A stretch of 64,000 nucleotides of DNA from Candidatus Sericytochromatia bacterium (GTDB taxonomy: Bacteria; Cyanobacteriota; Sericytochromatia; S15B-MN24; UBA4093): the NCBI GenBank assembly GCA_036676495.1, contig JAKFCT010000031.1, forward strand, positions 1 to 64,000, written 5' to 3'. The first letter of the stretch is position 1, and every line of letters starts with the position of its first letter. The translations under genes and the position numbers were made by a program. Below are positions 29,700 to 40,500 of this stretch, one piece after another. The notes below the pieces were generated by a model, which was not told the origin of the DNA, searched no databases, and saw only the letters and a list, made by a program, of their open reading frames with translations.

Positions 29700-32600
29700 A
29701 TGGCATTCGCACGGATCCATCCGAGACTCTCACGCCTCACGGCTTTCATCCTGATGGCCGTGCTCTCGATCGCGTTGACGGCCTGTCCGCGGCCCCTCAT
29801 GCCGCCCATGGGAGCGCCTGGAACCAGCCCTTACACCACCAACGAGCCGGATCAGGTTTCCGGCTACGTCGACTTCGGCACCCGCACCGTGCAGGCGAAC
29901 CTCGACGCCGATATCATGCCCGGCAGCACCATCGCGCTGATCGAGGTGGACACGGGCAATACGGTCAGCACGGCGAGGACCGACGAGAACGGCAAGTTCG
30001 TTCTCAAGTACTCCAACGGTTTCAAGCCGGTGCCCGGCAAGCTCTACTACTTCGAGGCCCTGAAGGGGCTTGCTGACGTTACCGGAAAGCCGAACGCGGT
30101 GGGATCCGACCTGGTCCGGGTTCGGACCATCGCCAGCTATCGTCAGGGTGGCTGGGTCAGCCTCACGAGCTCCCGCTTGGGCTTCTACATGCCTATCACC
30201 GCCATGACGACGGCGCTTTCGATCGTCGTCAGCTTGCGTTCCACCACGACCAAACCCATCGATGCGAGCACCCTTTTCGGGAGCGTCTGGCTCGGCCAGA
30301 CGACCGGCGCGTACCCGGACCGGCTGGTTTTCCCTGATACCACCCTGCTTCCCGTCACCCTGGTCCAGCAGACCTACGACCTGGTCATCGATGCCTTCCT
30401 GAAGAACCGCGATCCCATGCGCTGGGTCACCTTCGGGGACGCGGCCTTCGACAAGGTCATGCTGCCGGACGTGCCGTTCACCATCGAGCGCTATGATCCT
30501 CCCGAGCAGGTGGCCCAGGCGGAGCTTGCGATCGTGGGGACCAACTTCTCTCCGAAGTTGTCCGATCATGAGGTGGTCTTCCGGGCGGTCAACGGGACCA
30601 CCGCCGTGGCGCAGCTGGTGAGCATCAGCCCGGACCTTTCCCACCTCACCGTGAAGGTCCCGGCCGAGGCCGTCAGTGGTCCGCTCGTCCTCAGCATCGG
30701 GACGGGTGAGAACCGCAAGACCCTGACGGGCCAGACCTTCCGCTTGGCGACGCGCGACGGCCACTCCGTGGTCGACGCGCTCGGCAACACCTACGTCGTC
30801 AATTCGAGCATGGGGACGGTCGCCAAGGTCGGCCCCCTTCCCGGGGTTGGAAAGAACGGCGTCCGGTCGGTGATCACGGGCCTCGACAAGCCCGGAGCGC
30901 TGACCTTCGCGCCCGGCAACTACCGCTACCTTTACGTCGCGCTCGGCGGCAGCGCCCGCAGGGTCGTCAAGTACGATCTCGAGGCGGCCGATCCTTCCGC
31001 TTCCGGGGTGGCGTACAGCACGGGAGTCGGGGTGGCCAACCCTTCGGGTATCGCCTTCCGGACCGAGACCGGCGCACTCTACCTCACGGACGTGACGGCG
31101 GACAAGCTTTACGTGATCACCGCGGCGGGAGCCGCGGTCCAAGAGGTCACGCTGAACGCGGCCTTGAGCGGCCCGCGCGGCCTCTCGTTCGGTCCGGACC
31201 GCCGGCTCTACGTGGCGAATTCGAAAAGCGGGGATGTCGTCGCGATCACCTTGTCCAGCGCGACCACGGGGACGGTGGCGCCCTATCAGTCGGGCTTGAG
31301 CACGCCCTGGGGCGTCGCCTTCGACAACCTCAACGCCTTCTACGTCAGCAACAACAAGGGCAACTCGATCTTCAAGCAGCCCGTCGTCTCCCTGCCCGGG
31401 GTCACGCCGCTGGTCTATGGCCCCCTGACCTCGTTCGCGAGCATTCCGAACCCCGGCGGCATCGACGCGGACGCTTCCGGCTACCTCTACGTGGCCGACA
31501 ACGTCAGTAACGGCATCTACACCGTCAACCCCGACGCGGAGGCCCGGCAGATCGGGTACGGCATCAGCTACCCCGTGGCCACCTGGGCGGATGCGGACGG
31601 CCTCTTCACCCTCACCGACGAGGGGCGCATGCTGCATCTCGACGCGCAGCAGAACCTCTCCGTCTACGCCGAGGGCCTTACCGGAACCCGGGGCCTCATG
31701 CGGGACAAGCTCAAGAACTTCTACACCGTCAACACCACCCTCAAGGCCTTGATCATCGTGAGGCCCGACGGCTCGAGCATGCCGGTCACTCCGATGAATG
31801 CGCTCAATGGCTACTACCCCGAGCTCTCTATCAACAACGCCGGCGATCGCTTCTATCTCCGCAAGGCCAGCAGCGATCATCCGTCGATGGGCCAGGTCGA
31901 CGCCTTCGACCTCAACCTCAACGCCTCCGGCCTTCCCGTTCTCACCGGCGTGCCGGTCCAGGTCTTCAAATCCCCGCTGCGGAGGTTCATCGCGATCGCC
32001 GCGGATCGAACCGCTGCCGACCGGCCGGATCTGAATGCCTATCGGGGCCAGTACTACGTGCTGCAAAACAACGAGAACAACGAGCAGGCCATCTTCCGGG
32101 TCACCATGGTGAACTCCCAGACCTACGACACGGTTCGCCTGGTCGCCGGGGGGAGACTCAAGGAGCCCGTCGATATCGCGGTCGCCGAGGACGGCAAGAT
32201 CTGGGTTGCCGACCGTCAAGGGTTCGACGGCGACGGCGGCCTGATCATCTACAACCCCGACGGCACGTTCCATGACGAGATCCAAACCATCACGGATCCC
32301 CAGCGCCTTGCCTATGACCCGATCGCCAAGCGGATTGCCGCGAGCTGCTACGCCGCGAACGAAATCCACTTCTACAATGCGGCCAAGACCCGGGTGCAGC
32401 TCTTGCGGGGGATCGCGCTCCCGGTGGGGGCGGCCTTCTCCGACACCGCTCCGCATACGAAGGCGCTCTTCGTCAACTCCCACAGCACGGGACAGGTCTA
32501 TCGCTTCCTGAATTACACGGCCCTCGGGAACAAGACCTTCACCGCGGGAGAACTGTCGGCCGCCGAGTATTACTACACCGGCGCCAACAACGATATCGAG

Positions 32601-33239
32601 CTGCTGGGCAACGAGCTGCTGTATACGCACGGATCGGCCATCGGGAACGTGAAGACCGATCGCATCACGGTCAAAGAGAACTGGCAGAACCATTATTCCG
32701 GCATGCTTCGCCTCAACCGCAATCATGACGAGGGGTTGATCTCGGTTACCGACTACTCATGGGCTCATCTTCCCCATAACGGCAGCCACCAGGCTTCCTT
32801 CTCGGGGCTGCGCGCCGGCAGCAACTCCGGCAAGGGAGCGCCGATCGTGCTGAATGGCTCCATGGTCTCGTACTCGCACATCGGTTATCGGGAGTACGCC
32901 ATCATCGTCGACTCCGACTTCGACGGCAAGAATCAGCGCAGCTACCGTCCGGACTGGTACCTGGGAGCCGCGACGAGCAATGGCACGGATACCGCCTTCT
33001 TCGCCCATACCTACGGCGGCTCCATTCTCCAGTGGAAGGTGGATCCCGTGACCAAGAAAGGCGCTCCGTCCACGGTCGTGAGCGGCGGCTACAGCGGTTT
33101 CGACTTCACGCATGGGCTTGCCTACTATGACGGCTACCTTTACCAGCCCATTCGTGAAAAGCACGTGGTTCGCAAGGTGAACGTGGCGGCGAAGACCGCC
33201 GCGGAACTCAAGGTGGGCGTGGTCGCCCCGGAACTCTAG
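29700..33239 (+). CDS. Giant lipoprotein A1 (conserved N-domain, IPT/TIG, NHL-repeat propellers)
   Basis: Lipobox LTAC; IVGTNF...VKVP..AVSGPL IPT motif; many PxG(I/L)AxD..LYV repeats; AAGGAGG RBS. Confidence 0.88.
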   Translation: MAFARIHPRLSRLTAFILMAVLSIALTACPRPLMPPMGAPGTSPYTTNEPDQVSGYVDFGTRTVQANLDADIMPGSTIALIEVDTGNTVSTARTDENGKFVLKYSNGFKPVPGKLYYFEALKGLADVTGKPNAVGSDLVRVRTIASYRQGGWVSLTSSRLGFYMPITAMTTALSIVVSLRSTTTKPIDASTLFGSVWLGQTTGAYPDRLVFPDTTLLPVTLVQQTYDLVIDAFLKNRDPMRWVTFGDAAFDKVMLPDVPFTIERYDPPEQVAQAELAIVGTNFSPKLSDHEVVFRAVNGTTAVAQLVSISPDLSHLTVKVPAEAVSGPLVLSIGTGENRKTLTGQTFRLATRDGHSVVDALGNTYVVNSSMGTVAKVGPLPGVGKNGVRSVITGLDKPGALTFAPGNYRYLYVALGGSARRVVKYDLEAADPSASGVAYSTGVGVANPSGIAFRTETGALYLTDVTADKLYVITAAGAAVQEVTLNAALSGPRGLSFGPDRRLYVANSKSGDVVAITLSSATTGTVAPYQSGLSTPWGVAFDNLNAFYVSNNKGNSIFKQPVVSLPGVTPLVYGPLTSFASIPNPGGIDADASGYLYVADNVSNGIYTVNPDAEARQIGYGISYPVATWADADGLFTLTDEGRMLHLDAQQNLSVYAEGLTGTRGLMRDKLKNFYTVNTTLKALIIVRPDGSSMPVTPMNALNGYYPELSINNAGDRFYLRKASSDHPSMGQVDAFDLNLNASGLPVLTGVPVQVFKSPLRRFIAIAADRTAADRPDLNAYRGQYYVLQNNENNEQAIFRVTMVNSQTYDTVRLVAGGRLKEPVDIAVAEDGKIWVADRQGFDGDGGLIIYNPDGTFHDEIQTITDPQRLAYDPIAKRIAASCYAANEIHFYNAAKTRVQLLRGIALPVGAAFSDTAPHTKALFVNSHSTGQVYRFLNYTALGNKTFTAGELSAAEYYYTGANNDIELLGNELLYTHGSAIGNVKTDRITVKENWQNHYSGMLRLNRNHDEGLISVTDYSWAHLPHNGSHQASFSGLRAGSNSGKGAPIVLNGSMVSYSHIGYREYAIIVDSDFDGKNQRSYRPDWYLGAATSNGTDTAFFAHTYGGSILQWKVDPVTKKGAPSTVVSGGYSGFDFTHGLAYYDGYLYQPIREKHVVRKVNVAAKTAAELKVGVVAPEL

Positions 33240-33250
33240 AGGAGCTGACG

Positions 33251-36200
33251 ATGAGACGCTTGCTGGTATCAGTCTTATTTCTCTTCCTCCTCACGAGCTG
33301 CCGCCTGCCCTCGCTTCTCCCGCAGGTCATGGGGAACGGAGGGGACGCGCCCGCCGTCGGCACCGTGCATGCGCCCAACGTGCTCAAGGTCCGCATCGGG
33401 GAGTCGCTCACCCTCCAGGCCAAGCCCGAGGAAATCGCCAACGGGGCCACGATCGCGCTGGTCGACTCCGAGACCGGCGCCACCCTCGGCACCAGCATCA
33501 CCTCTCCGACCGGCGAGTTCGTCTTGACCTTCGGGGAGAACGTTTCGCTGGTGGATGGCCGCGCCTACTATCTGGATGTCATCAAGGGGCTGCGCCTCGA
33601 TACCACCAAGCCCTTGCCGCCGCCGAACGATCCGGCGAATCCCTTCAACCAGGCCGGGGCGGATGCCCTGCGGCTCCGCAACCTCCTCTTCTACCAGGCG
33701 GCGACCGCGGCGGGTCCGGCGGGTTGGAAGAGCCTTTACGACGCGACCCCCAGCAACACGGTCAACGTGGGCAACAAATCCACGGCGCTGGCCGTCGCGC
33801 TCGCCCTGAAGCAGCTCGCCGGCGAGACGATCACGCTCTCGGATTATGCGGGCGTCCTCAAGGTGGTGGAGGTGGTGGGCGGAGTGGAGCTCACCGTCAT
33901 CGAGAAGGATCCGACATGGGTCCTGGGAGGCATGGATCACAACGGGTTCATCACCGCCCGCGACGTGGTCAAGAACGCCATCGAGAGCGATCGCGATCCG
34001 CTCCAGTACACGGCTTACGATCAGACCACCAAGACCTTCCGCAGCTCGTGGGTCGGCTTCTCGATGCGGACCATCTCCCCCACGGTGGGCCCGATCAACC
34101 AGATCATCACCATCACCGGCTCGGGCTTCGAGGCCGGCGTTCCCAAGGTGGCCATCAACGGTCGTGAGATCACCGTCATCAGCCACTCGGCCGCCGAGAT
34201 CAAGGCGCGCGTCACTCCCGGCACGCGCTCGGGGCCGGTCTCCGTCCAGATCGGATCGATCCTCCTGGCGGGCAACACCTTCACCGTCGCCTTCCAGGAT
34301 GGCCACCAGGCCGTGCTGGATCGCGTGGTCGGCGGTAAGACCGTTCGCATGCTCTACGTGGCGAATCCCGCGTGGAACACGGTGGTGGAGATCGCGCCCG
34401 ACGGCTCCGTGAAAAAGCTCTGGGACGGCACGGCGGTTCCGGAGTTGAGCAATCCCCAGCAGATCGCGATCTGGAACAAGAAGCTCTACGTCTCCTGCAA
34501 CCCTGTCGGTACCGCCAATGACTTGATCCTCGAGTTGGATCCCGAGAGCCTTGGATACAAGCGGGTTCACAGCCGGGCCGTCCCCGAGCCCTTCGGGCTG
34601 GCCTTCGATACGGCCGGAGCCCTGCATGTCTCGAGCTTCCAGGATGCCGGAGCGGTCTACAAGCTGAGGGCTGACGGCACGGAGCTGACCCGCTACGCCG
34701 GCGTTCAGTATCCGCGCGGCATCGCCTTCGATTACCAGGGCAGCATCTTCGTCGCCGAGGAGCAGCGCGGCCAGATCGTCAAGCTCACCTCACCCGGCTT
34801 CGGCGCCACCGTCTGGGGCCTCGTCCCCTCACCGCTCGGCCTTGCGGTGGACTCGGCCGGCGACGTCTTCGTCGCCAGCAACGTGAACGACGCCATCTTC
34901 CGGATTTCGTCCACCCGGGCGATGTCGGTCTTCGCCATGCTCAACAAGCCGGGCGGTTTGACGTTCGACGATCGCGGCTACATGTACGTCTCGGACACCG
35001 AGAAGAACCTCGTCAACCGCATCTCGCCCTCGGGCGACGCCCGGGTCTACGCCTATGGCATCAGCAATCCGCGCGGCCTCGCCGTGGATCCGGCCAATGG
35101 CACGCTCTATGTCTCGCTCAGCCAATCCAACGCGATCCTGAAGGTGGAGGGAGGCATCCTCAAGCCCTTCGTGACGGGAATCGCCAACCCGATGACGATC
35201 TCCTTCCGAGGGAAGGGGCTCATCATCAGCCACCCCGAGACGCATACGGTTTCCTTCGCCGAGACGACCGGCAAGCTCAGCACCCTGGCGACAGGCCTGG
35301 TCTATCCCGGAGGAGCGGATCAGGCCGTGGATGGTGCGGGCAACTTGACGGGGAAACTGTACGTCGGGCGCTTCGGGGATATGGAGTCTCCCATCACGGC
35401 CCGCTATCCCTACGACTCCTATACGATCTCCGACGGGAACTACAACGGCGTCGACGTGGTCGAGAACAAGGTCCCGACGCTCCGGCGCTGGTTGTACCGG
35501 ATGAAGCTCAGCTACATCGCAGTGGATGCCTCCAAGAACATCTTCGCGATTCAGTCGAGCGACCGGACGCTAACCAAGATCTCGGTCGCACCGGGGGGCG
35601 GCAACAGTTCCCGCCGGATCCAGCGCCTCTGCGGCCCGGGCTCCGCGTATTCGTTCCCATCCGACCCGGGCTGGGTCTCGCTCGATCGTGACGGCAACGT
35701 CTACGTGGTGGTGCCTGGAGACAATGCGGTCTACCGCTTCAAACCGTCCGGCGACACCTACGTCATGAGCAAGATCACCAACTTCAACCAGCCCTGGGGC
35801 ATTGCCTTCTCGGACACGATTCCGCAGGCCATGTTCGTCTCCAACACGGGAGATGGGTTGATCCGCAAGGTCACCACCCCGGCTACCGATGCCGCGGCCC
35901 TCAGCACCACGACCTTCAACATCCCCGCGGATACCACGGTCAAGGGCCTCACCTACATGTCCACGGGCACGGCCGGTACCGGCACGCTCTACATGGCCAA
36001 CGGCACCAGCGTGATGAAGGCGAGTCTCTCCGGGAACAATTACGTCGCGGCCTCTTATGGGCCCTACTTCACCGACCTTCCGGTAGCCTGGTCCTACCTC
36101 TACGCCAAGTCAGACACCAAGGAGCTCTACGGCTGGGGCAACAGCGTCTTTTCTCATCGCCTCGTACCGGGCACTCCGCCGGTTCCCTACACCTACCGGG

Positions 36201-36670
36201 ACTACACGGGTTGGGGACGCTACTTGGGCTTCACCTTCGCCCCGGATTTCACGTACTACGCGATGGAGATGCACTACGGAGGGGTGAGCACCATGTGGTC
36301 CCAGAACACCACGCGGGAGATCTTGCTCAACGGCAATACGCTCTATGTCGCTTCGCCGGACAGCATGGGCTCAGGTGGCGTCCTGCGCATCGATCTGGCC
36401 ACGAACGAGGAGCTGTTGGTTCCGATTCAGTCGTACTCGCTGGCCCTTTACGGGACGAGTCTTTACGTCGGTGCCACCAACAACCGGATCTACGAGGTGG
36501 ATGCGGCCGGGCGGCACTATGAGCGGTGGAACATCGGAACGCTTCCGTATGGCCTGGATATCCGCGGCAATACCGTCTGGGCGGTGGGAGCCGACTCGGT
36601 CATCTACGAGCGGGTCATCGGAGGCGGGATCGCGGATCATCGCTTCGGCATGATGGGACCGGTGTTCTAA
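33251..36670 (+). CDS. Giant lipoprotein B1 (conserved N-domain, IPT/TIG, NHL-repeat propellers)
   Basis: Lipobox LTSC; ITITGSGF...TRSGPVSV IPT; NHL repeats. Confidence 0.88.
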   Translation: MRRLLVSVLFLFLLTSCRLPSLLPQVMGNGGDAPAVGTVHAPNVLKVRIGESLTLQAKPEEIANGATIALVDSETGATLGTSITSPTGEFVLTFGENVSLVDGRAYYLDVIKGLRLDTTKPLPPPNDPANPFNQAGADALRLRNLLFYQAATAAGPAGWKSLYDATPSNTVNVGNKSTALAVALALKQLAGETITLSDYAGVLKVVEVVGGVELTVIEKDPTWVLGGMDHNGFITARDVVKNAIESDRDPLQYTAYDQTTKTFRSSWVGFSMRTISPTVGPINQIITITGSGFEAGVPKVAINGREITVISHSAAEIKARVTPGTRSGPVSVQIGSILLAGNTFTVAFQDGHQAVLDRVVGGKTVRMLYVANPAWNTVVEIAPDGSVKKLWDGTAVPELSNPQQIAIWNKKLYVSCNPVGTANDLILELDPESLGYKRVHSRAVPEPFGLAFDTAGALHVSSFQDAGAVYKLRADGTELTRYAGVQYPRGIAFDYQGSIFVAEEQRGQIVKLTSPGFGATVWGLVPSPLGLAVDSAGDVFVASNVNDAIFRISSTRAMSVFAMLNKPGGLTFDDRGYMYVSDTEKNLVNRISPSGDARVYAYGISNPRGLAVDPANGTLYVSLSQSNAILKVEGGILKPFVTGIANPMTISFRGKGLIISHPETHTVSFAETTGKLSTLATGLVYPGGADQAVDGAGNLTGKLYVGRFGDMESPITARYPYDSYTISDGNYNGVDVVENKVPTLRRWLYRMKLSYIAVDASKNIFAIQSSDRTLTKISVAPGGGNSSRRIQRLCGPGSAYSFPSDPGWVSLDRDGNVYVVVPGDNAVYRFKPSGDTYVMSKITNFNQPWGIAFSDTIPQAMFVSNTGDGLIRKVTTPATDAAALSTTTFNIPADTTVKGLTYMSTGTAGTGTLYMANGTSVMKASLSGNNYVAASYGPYFTDLPVAWSYLYAKSDTKELYGWGNSVFSHRLVPGTPPVPYTYRDYTGWGRYLGFTFAPDFTYYAMEMHYGGVSTMWSQNTTREILLNGNTLYVASPDSMGSGGVLRIDLATNEELLVPIQSYSLALYGTSLYVGATNNRIYEVDAAGRHYERWNIGTLPYGLDIRGNTVWAVGADSVIYERVIGGGIADHRFGMMGPVF

Positions 36671-37032
36671 TGATGGGTAGAAGACCAATGATGACTGGAA
36701 GACACTTGCCGCAGCTCGTGATCGTGGGCGTGATGGCCTTGACCATGATGATCGGCTGCGCGGGAGAGGAGGACTTGCTCGGATCCAACGGGGCTGCCCG
36801 GAGGTCGCCGCCGCCGACGTCCGAAGCCACTCCGACTCCCACTCCGACTCCGGCTGTAACGGCGACCCCGGCTCCGACCCCGAGCCCCTCGTCGGCAGCC
36901 AGCGTGGCGCCATCGGACGATCCGACCTTGAACCCGCTGCCGTCCGCCCCCCAGGAATGGCCGTCGAGCGACCCCGTTCCCAGTGCTTCCCCCGAGGAGG
37001 GCTCGGATTACCCCGATCCCGAGATCCCTTGA
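36670..37032 (+). CDS. Small Thr/Pro-rich lipoprotein C1
   Basis: MIGC-AGEEDLLG then TPTPTP; TAATG overlap with B1; several possible ATGs. Confidence 0.7.
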   Translation: MMGRRPMMTGRHLPQLVIVGVMALTMMIGCAGEEDLLGSNGAARRSPPPTSEATPTPTPTPAVTATPAPTPSPSSAASVAPSDDPTLNPLPSAPQEWPSSDPVPSASPEEGSDYPDPEIP

Positions 37033-37055
37033 GACCTGGCGTGAAAGAGGAACCT

Positions 37056-37244
37056 ATGAAACCCTTGCTTCCTATTTTTGTGTTGATCGTGGCGGGCGCC
37101 CTGGCCTTTGGTGCGGGCTGCGCGGAGGATGGCGACCTCTTCGGGGTCGGAAACAGGAACGGTGGCAACACCACCAACCCCACGCCCACGCCCACCCCCT
37201 CCGCATCGCCTTCGGGCACGGGCGGTAACGTCATCAACGACTAA
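37056..37244 (+). CDS. Small Thr/Pro-rich lipoprotein D
   Basis: AGC-AEDGDLFG then PTPTPT; AGAGGA RBS. Confidence 0.7.
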   Translation: MKPLLPIFVLIVAGALAFGAGCAEDGDLFGVGNRNGGNTTNPTPTPTPSASPSGTGGNVIND

Positions 37245-37261
37245 CCTCGTGGCTTGTCGAA

Positions 37262-37300
37262 AGGCCCAGGCCGTTCCGCGATCCGGAACGGCCTGGGCCT
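37262..37300. terminator. Strong hairpin at end of cassette 1
   Basis: AGGCCCAGGCCGTTCCG-CGATC-CGGAACGGCCTGGGCCT; no T tail. Confidence 0.6.
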
Positions 37301-37360
37301 CGACGTGCGGGGGCTCGGGGGGGCCTTTCAGGAACGCGGCGCCCAACAGGAAGACGCCCA

Positions 37361-37449
37361 TTGATGCCAAGCGCAGGATCAGTCGCCGCATGCCCAGCGT
37401 GCCCGAGGTGATCCACGCGCGGGGTTGCGGTGGATCTGTCGGCGACTGA
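37361..37449 (+). pseudogene. Decayed copy of the pilB 3' end (duplication scar)
   Basis: DAKRRISRRMPSVPEVIHARGCGGSVGD* versus PilB DAKRKIIRRMTNVPEVIRVLGYGGPDGY*. Confidence 0.85.
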
Positions 37450-37479
37450 GTTTACGCCAAAACAATCTCTACATAAGGA

Positions 37480-37504
37480 GTTCATGGGCCGAGCAACGGG
37501 GTAT
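37480..37504 (+). promoter_or_regulatory. SigF/SigB-type promoter of cassette 2
   Basis: GTTCA-N14-GGGTAT. Confidence 0.7.
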
Positions 37505-37557
37505 AAGGCTGATAGCCCCCCTTACGCTTGCACGGTAAGGTGGAAAAGGAGGCCTTG

Positions 37558-40500
37558 ATGGCTTTCGCTAGGATTCATTCGAGACTTTCACGCTTCGCGG
37601 CCTTCATCCTGATGGCCGTGCTCACGATCGCGTTGACCGCCTGTCCGCGACCGCTCACGCCGCCCATGGGAACGCCCGCTCCTGGAACGCTCACGGGATC
37701 GGAGGCCGATCAGGTCGTCGGCCACGTCGATTTCGGAGGCCGCAGCACCCAGGCCACCATCGAAGACAACATCATGCCGGGCAGCACCATCTCGCTGATC
37801 GAGGTGGAGACGGGCGATACCGTCAGCACGGCGCGCTCCGACGCGAACGGCAAGTTCGTCCTCAAGTACTCCAACGGCTTCAAGCCGGTACATGGCAAGC
37901 TCTACTACTTCGAGGCGATCAAGGGCCTCGACGCGGGATCGGGCAACTATAACGCGGTGGGCGCCGATCTGGTCCGCGTCCGAACCATCGCCACGTATCG
38001 CAACGGGGGGGGCTGGCTCAGCCTGACGAGCGATCGCTTCGGCTTCTATATGCCGATCACTCCCATGACCACGGCCGTGTCGATCGTGGTCAGCCTGCGC
38101 TCTTCGACCAACCGCAAGATCGACGCGAGCACCCTTTTCGGCAGCGTCCGGCTGGGGCAGTCGAACGGCAAGTACCCCGACACCCTGGTCTTCCCGGATA
38201 CGGCCCTCTTCCCCGTCACCCTGGCTCAGGGCGCTTATAACCTGGTCATGGATGCCTTTGCCAAGGAGCGCGATCCGATGCGCTGGATCCAGCTCGCGGG
38301 CGGGGACGCGCAGTTCAACACGGTCGAGTTGCCGGACGTGCCGTTCACCCTGCTGGGCATCGCTCCTCCTGCCCAGGTTCCCCTCCAGCTCGTCTCGCTG
38401 GTGGGCACCAACTATGAAGGCGAGGTCGAGGTCCACTTCCAGCGCGATGGTGGCGGCACGGTGGCGGCGCAAGGTCCGAACGGTGGAGCACCTGAAATCA
38501 GTCCGGATCGGACGCGAATCACCGTCCGCGTTCCGGCCAACGCGATCAACGGGCGGCTCGAGCTCAAGATTCGTCCCAATTCGACCAGTCCCTGGCGAAC
38601 GCTCATCAGCGCGCAGGACTTCCTGCTCGCGACCATGGACGGGCATAGTGTCGTCGATCTCGCGGGGCGGGTCTATGCCGCCAATGTGGGCCTGGGCACG
38701 ATCGTGCGCCTTCAGCCCACGGGCCAGGACGATCGGCTGGAGGTCGCCACCTTGATCTCGGGGCTCGACAAGCCCAGCGCCCTGACGTTCGCTCCCGGCA
38801 CCCTGCGGCCGGAGACCTCGTTCGATCCGATCTCGTACGATTACCTCTTCGTCGGCCTGGGCGGCACGACGCGCCAGATCGTGGAATACGACCTGCGCGG
38901 GGCCACGCCGGTCGCCACTCCCTACCATGCGGGGGTCGGGGTGGCGAACCCCTCAGGTATCGCCTTCGCGCCCTCCAAGGCGCTCTACGTGACCGACGCG
39001 GATGCCGGCAAGCTCTACGTCATCCCGAGTCGCGGAGCGGAGGTCGCCGAGGTCACGCTTCAGGGCGAGGCCCTCAACAAACCGCGCGGGATCGCCTTCG
39101 GCCCGAACGGCCGCATGTACGTGGCCAATTCGGGGGCCAATACGGTCCTCGAGATCGACCTGACGAAGACTCCGCCACTTGCCAAGAAGCATGTCTTGGG
39201 TTTGAGCACGCCGTGGGGCGTGGCCTTCGATCCCAAGGGCAACTTCTACATGAGCAACAACCAGGGGAACTCGATCTACCGGGTTCCGGTGACCTCTTTG
39301 CCGGGAGCTCCGCTGACCTACGGGGCCCTCGAGGCTTTCTCGGCGGTGCCGACGCCCGCCGGCATCGATGCCGACGCGTCCGGCTACCTCTACGCGGCCG
39401 ACCGCACCACCAACGGCATTTACCGCATCAACTCGAACGCCGAGGGCCGGCAGGTCGGCATCGGCATCAGCTACCCGGTGGCGACCTGGGCCGGGCCCGG
39501 CCCGAATGCCGGCGATCGCGAGATCTACGCCCTCACGGACGAAGGGCGCCTGATGAAAATCACGCGCCCCCAGAATGGGCCGTCCGCACTCTCGGTCTTC
39601 GCGGAGGGGCTCAGGTCCTCGCGTGGTCTGACCCGTGACGCGGCGGGCAACTTCTTCACGCATCGCCGGGCTGCCAAGGCCCTCACCAAGATCTATCCCG
39701 ACGGGACGACGGCAGACCTTCTCGGCTCCTTGGACGCTTACTACCTGGCCTCTCCGGTGGTCCGGGGGACCCAGATCTTCTTCCGCACCGCGAACGGTTC
39801 GCTGTCACCGGCGGATCTCCATGGGTACAACCTCGGCCCGCCCATCGGCGCCGCTCCGGCCGTGTCCTATCAGGCGTTGATGCGCGGCGTCGTGGCCGTG
39901 GCCGTGGACCGGAGCGGGCGGGTCAACAACGGCAAGTACTTCCTCCTCCAGAACAATGAGGTGCCCAAGAACCTCATCCTGAAAGTGACGCGCTTCAGCG
40001 GCGAGCGGGCCGAGACGGTGCCGTTCCTGACGGCGGCGGCCCTCAACCGGGTCACGACTCCCGTGGACATCGCCGTCGACGGAGCCGGCCAGGTCTGGGT
40101 GGCCGATGCGGCGGGCAAGGTCGTGGTTTTCAATGAGAACGGCGCCTACGTGGGAGAGGTGGCGGTTCCCAATCCGGTTCGCCTGACCTACAACGACACG
40201 CATATCGTCGTGAGCAACTATCAGGCGGCAGGAGACGTGCGCTTCTACACCACGGCCCGGGGCCTCGCCAAGACCCTGAGCGGCTTGGGCTATCCCGTGG
40301 GAGTCTCCTTCGAGGGGACCAACATGTACGTGAATACGCATGACGACGGCTGGGTCTATCGGGTCGCCAACTACGCGGGCCTTCCCACCAAGGCGCTGAC
40401 GGCGGGAGATCGCGTGCAGTTCTACCAGATTGGAGGGCAGAACGACATCGAGGTGATCGGCGGAAACCTCTACTTCACGTATGTTGCGGGCTACGGCAAC

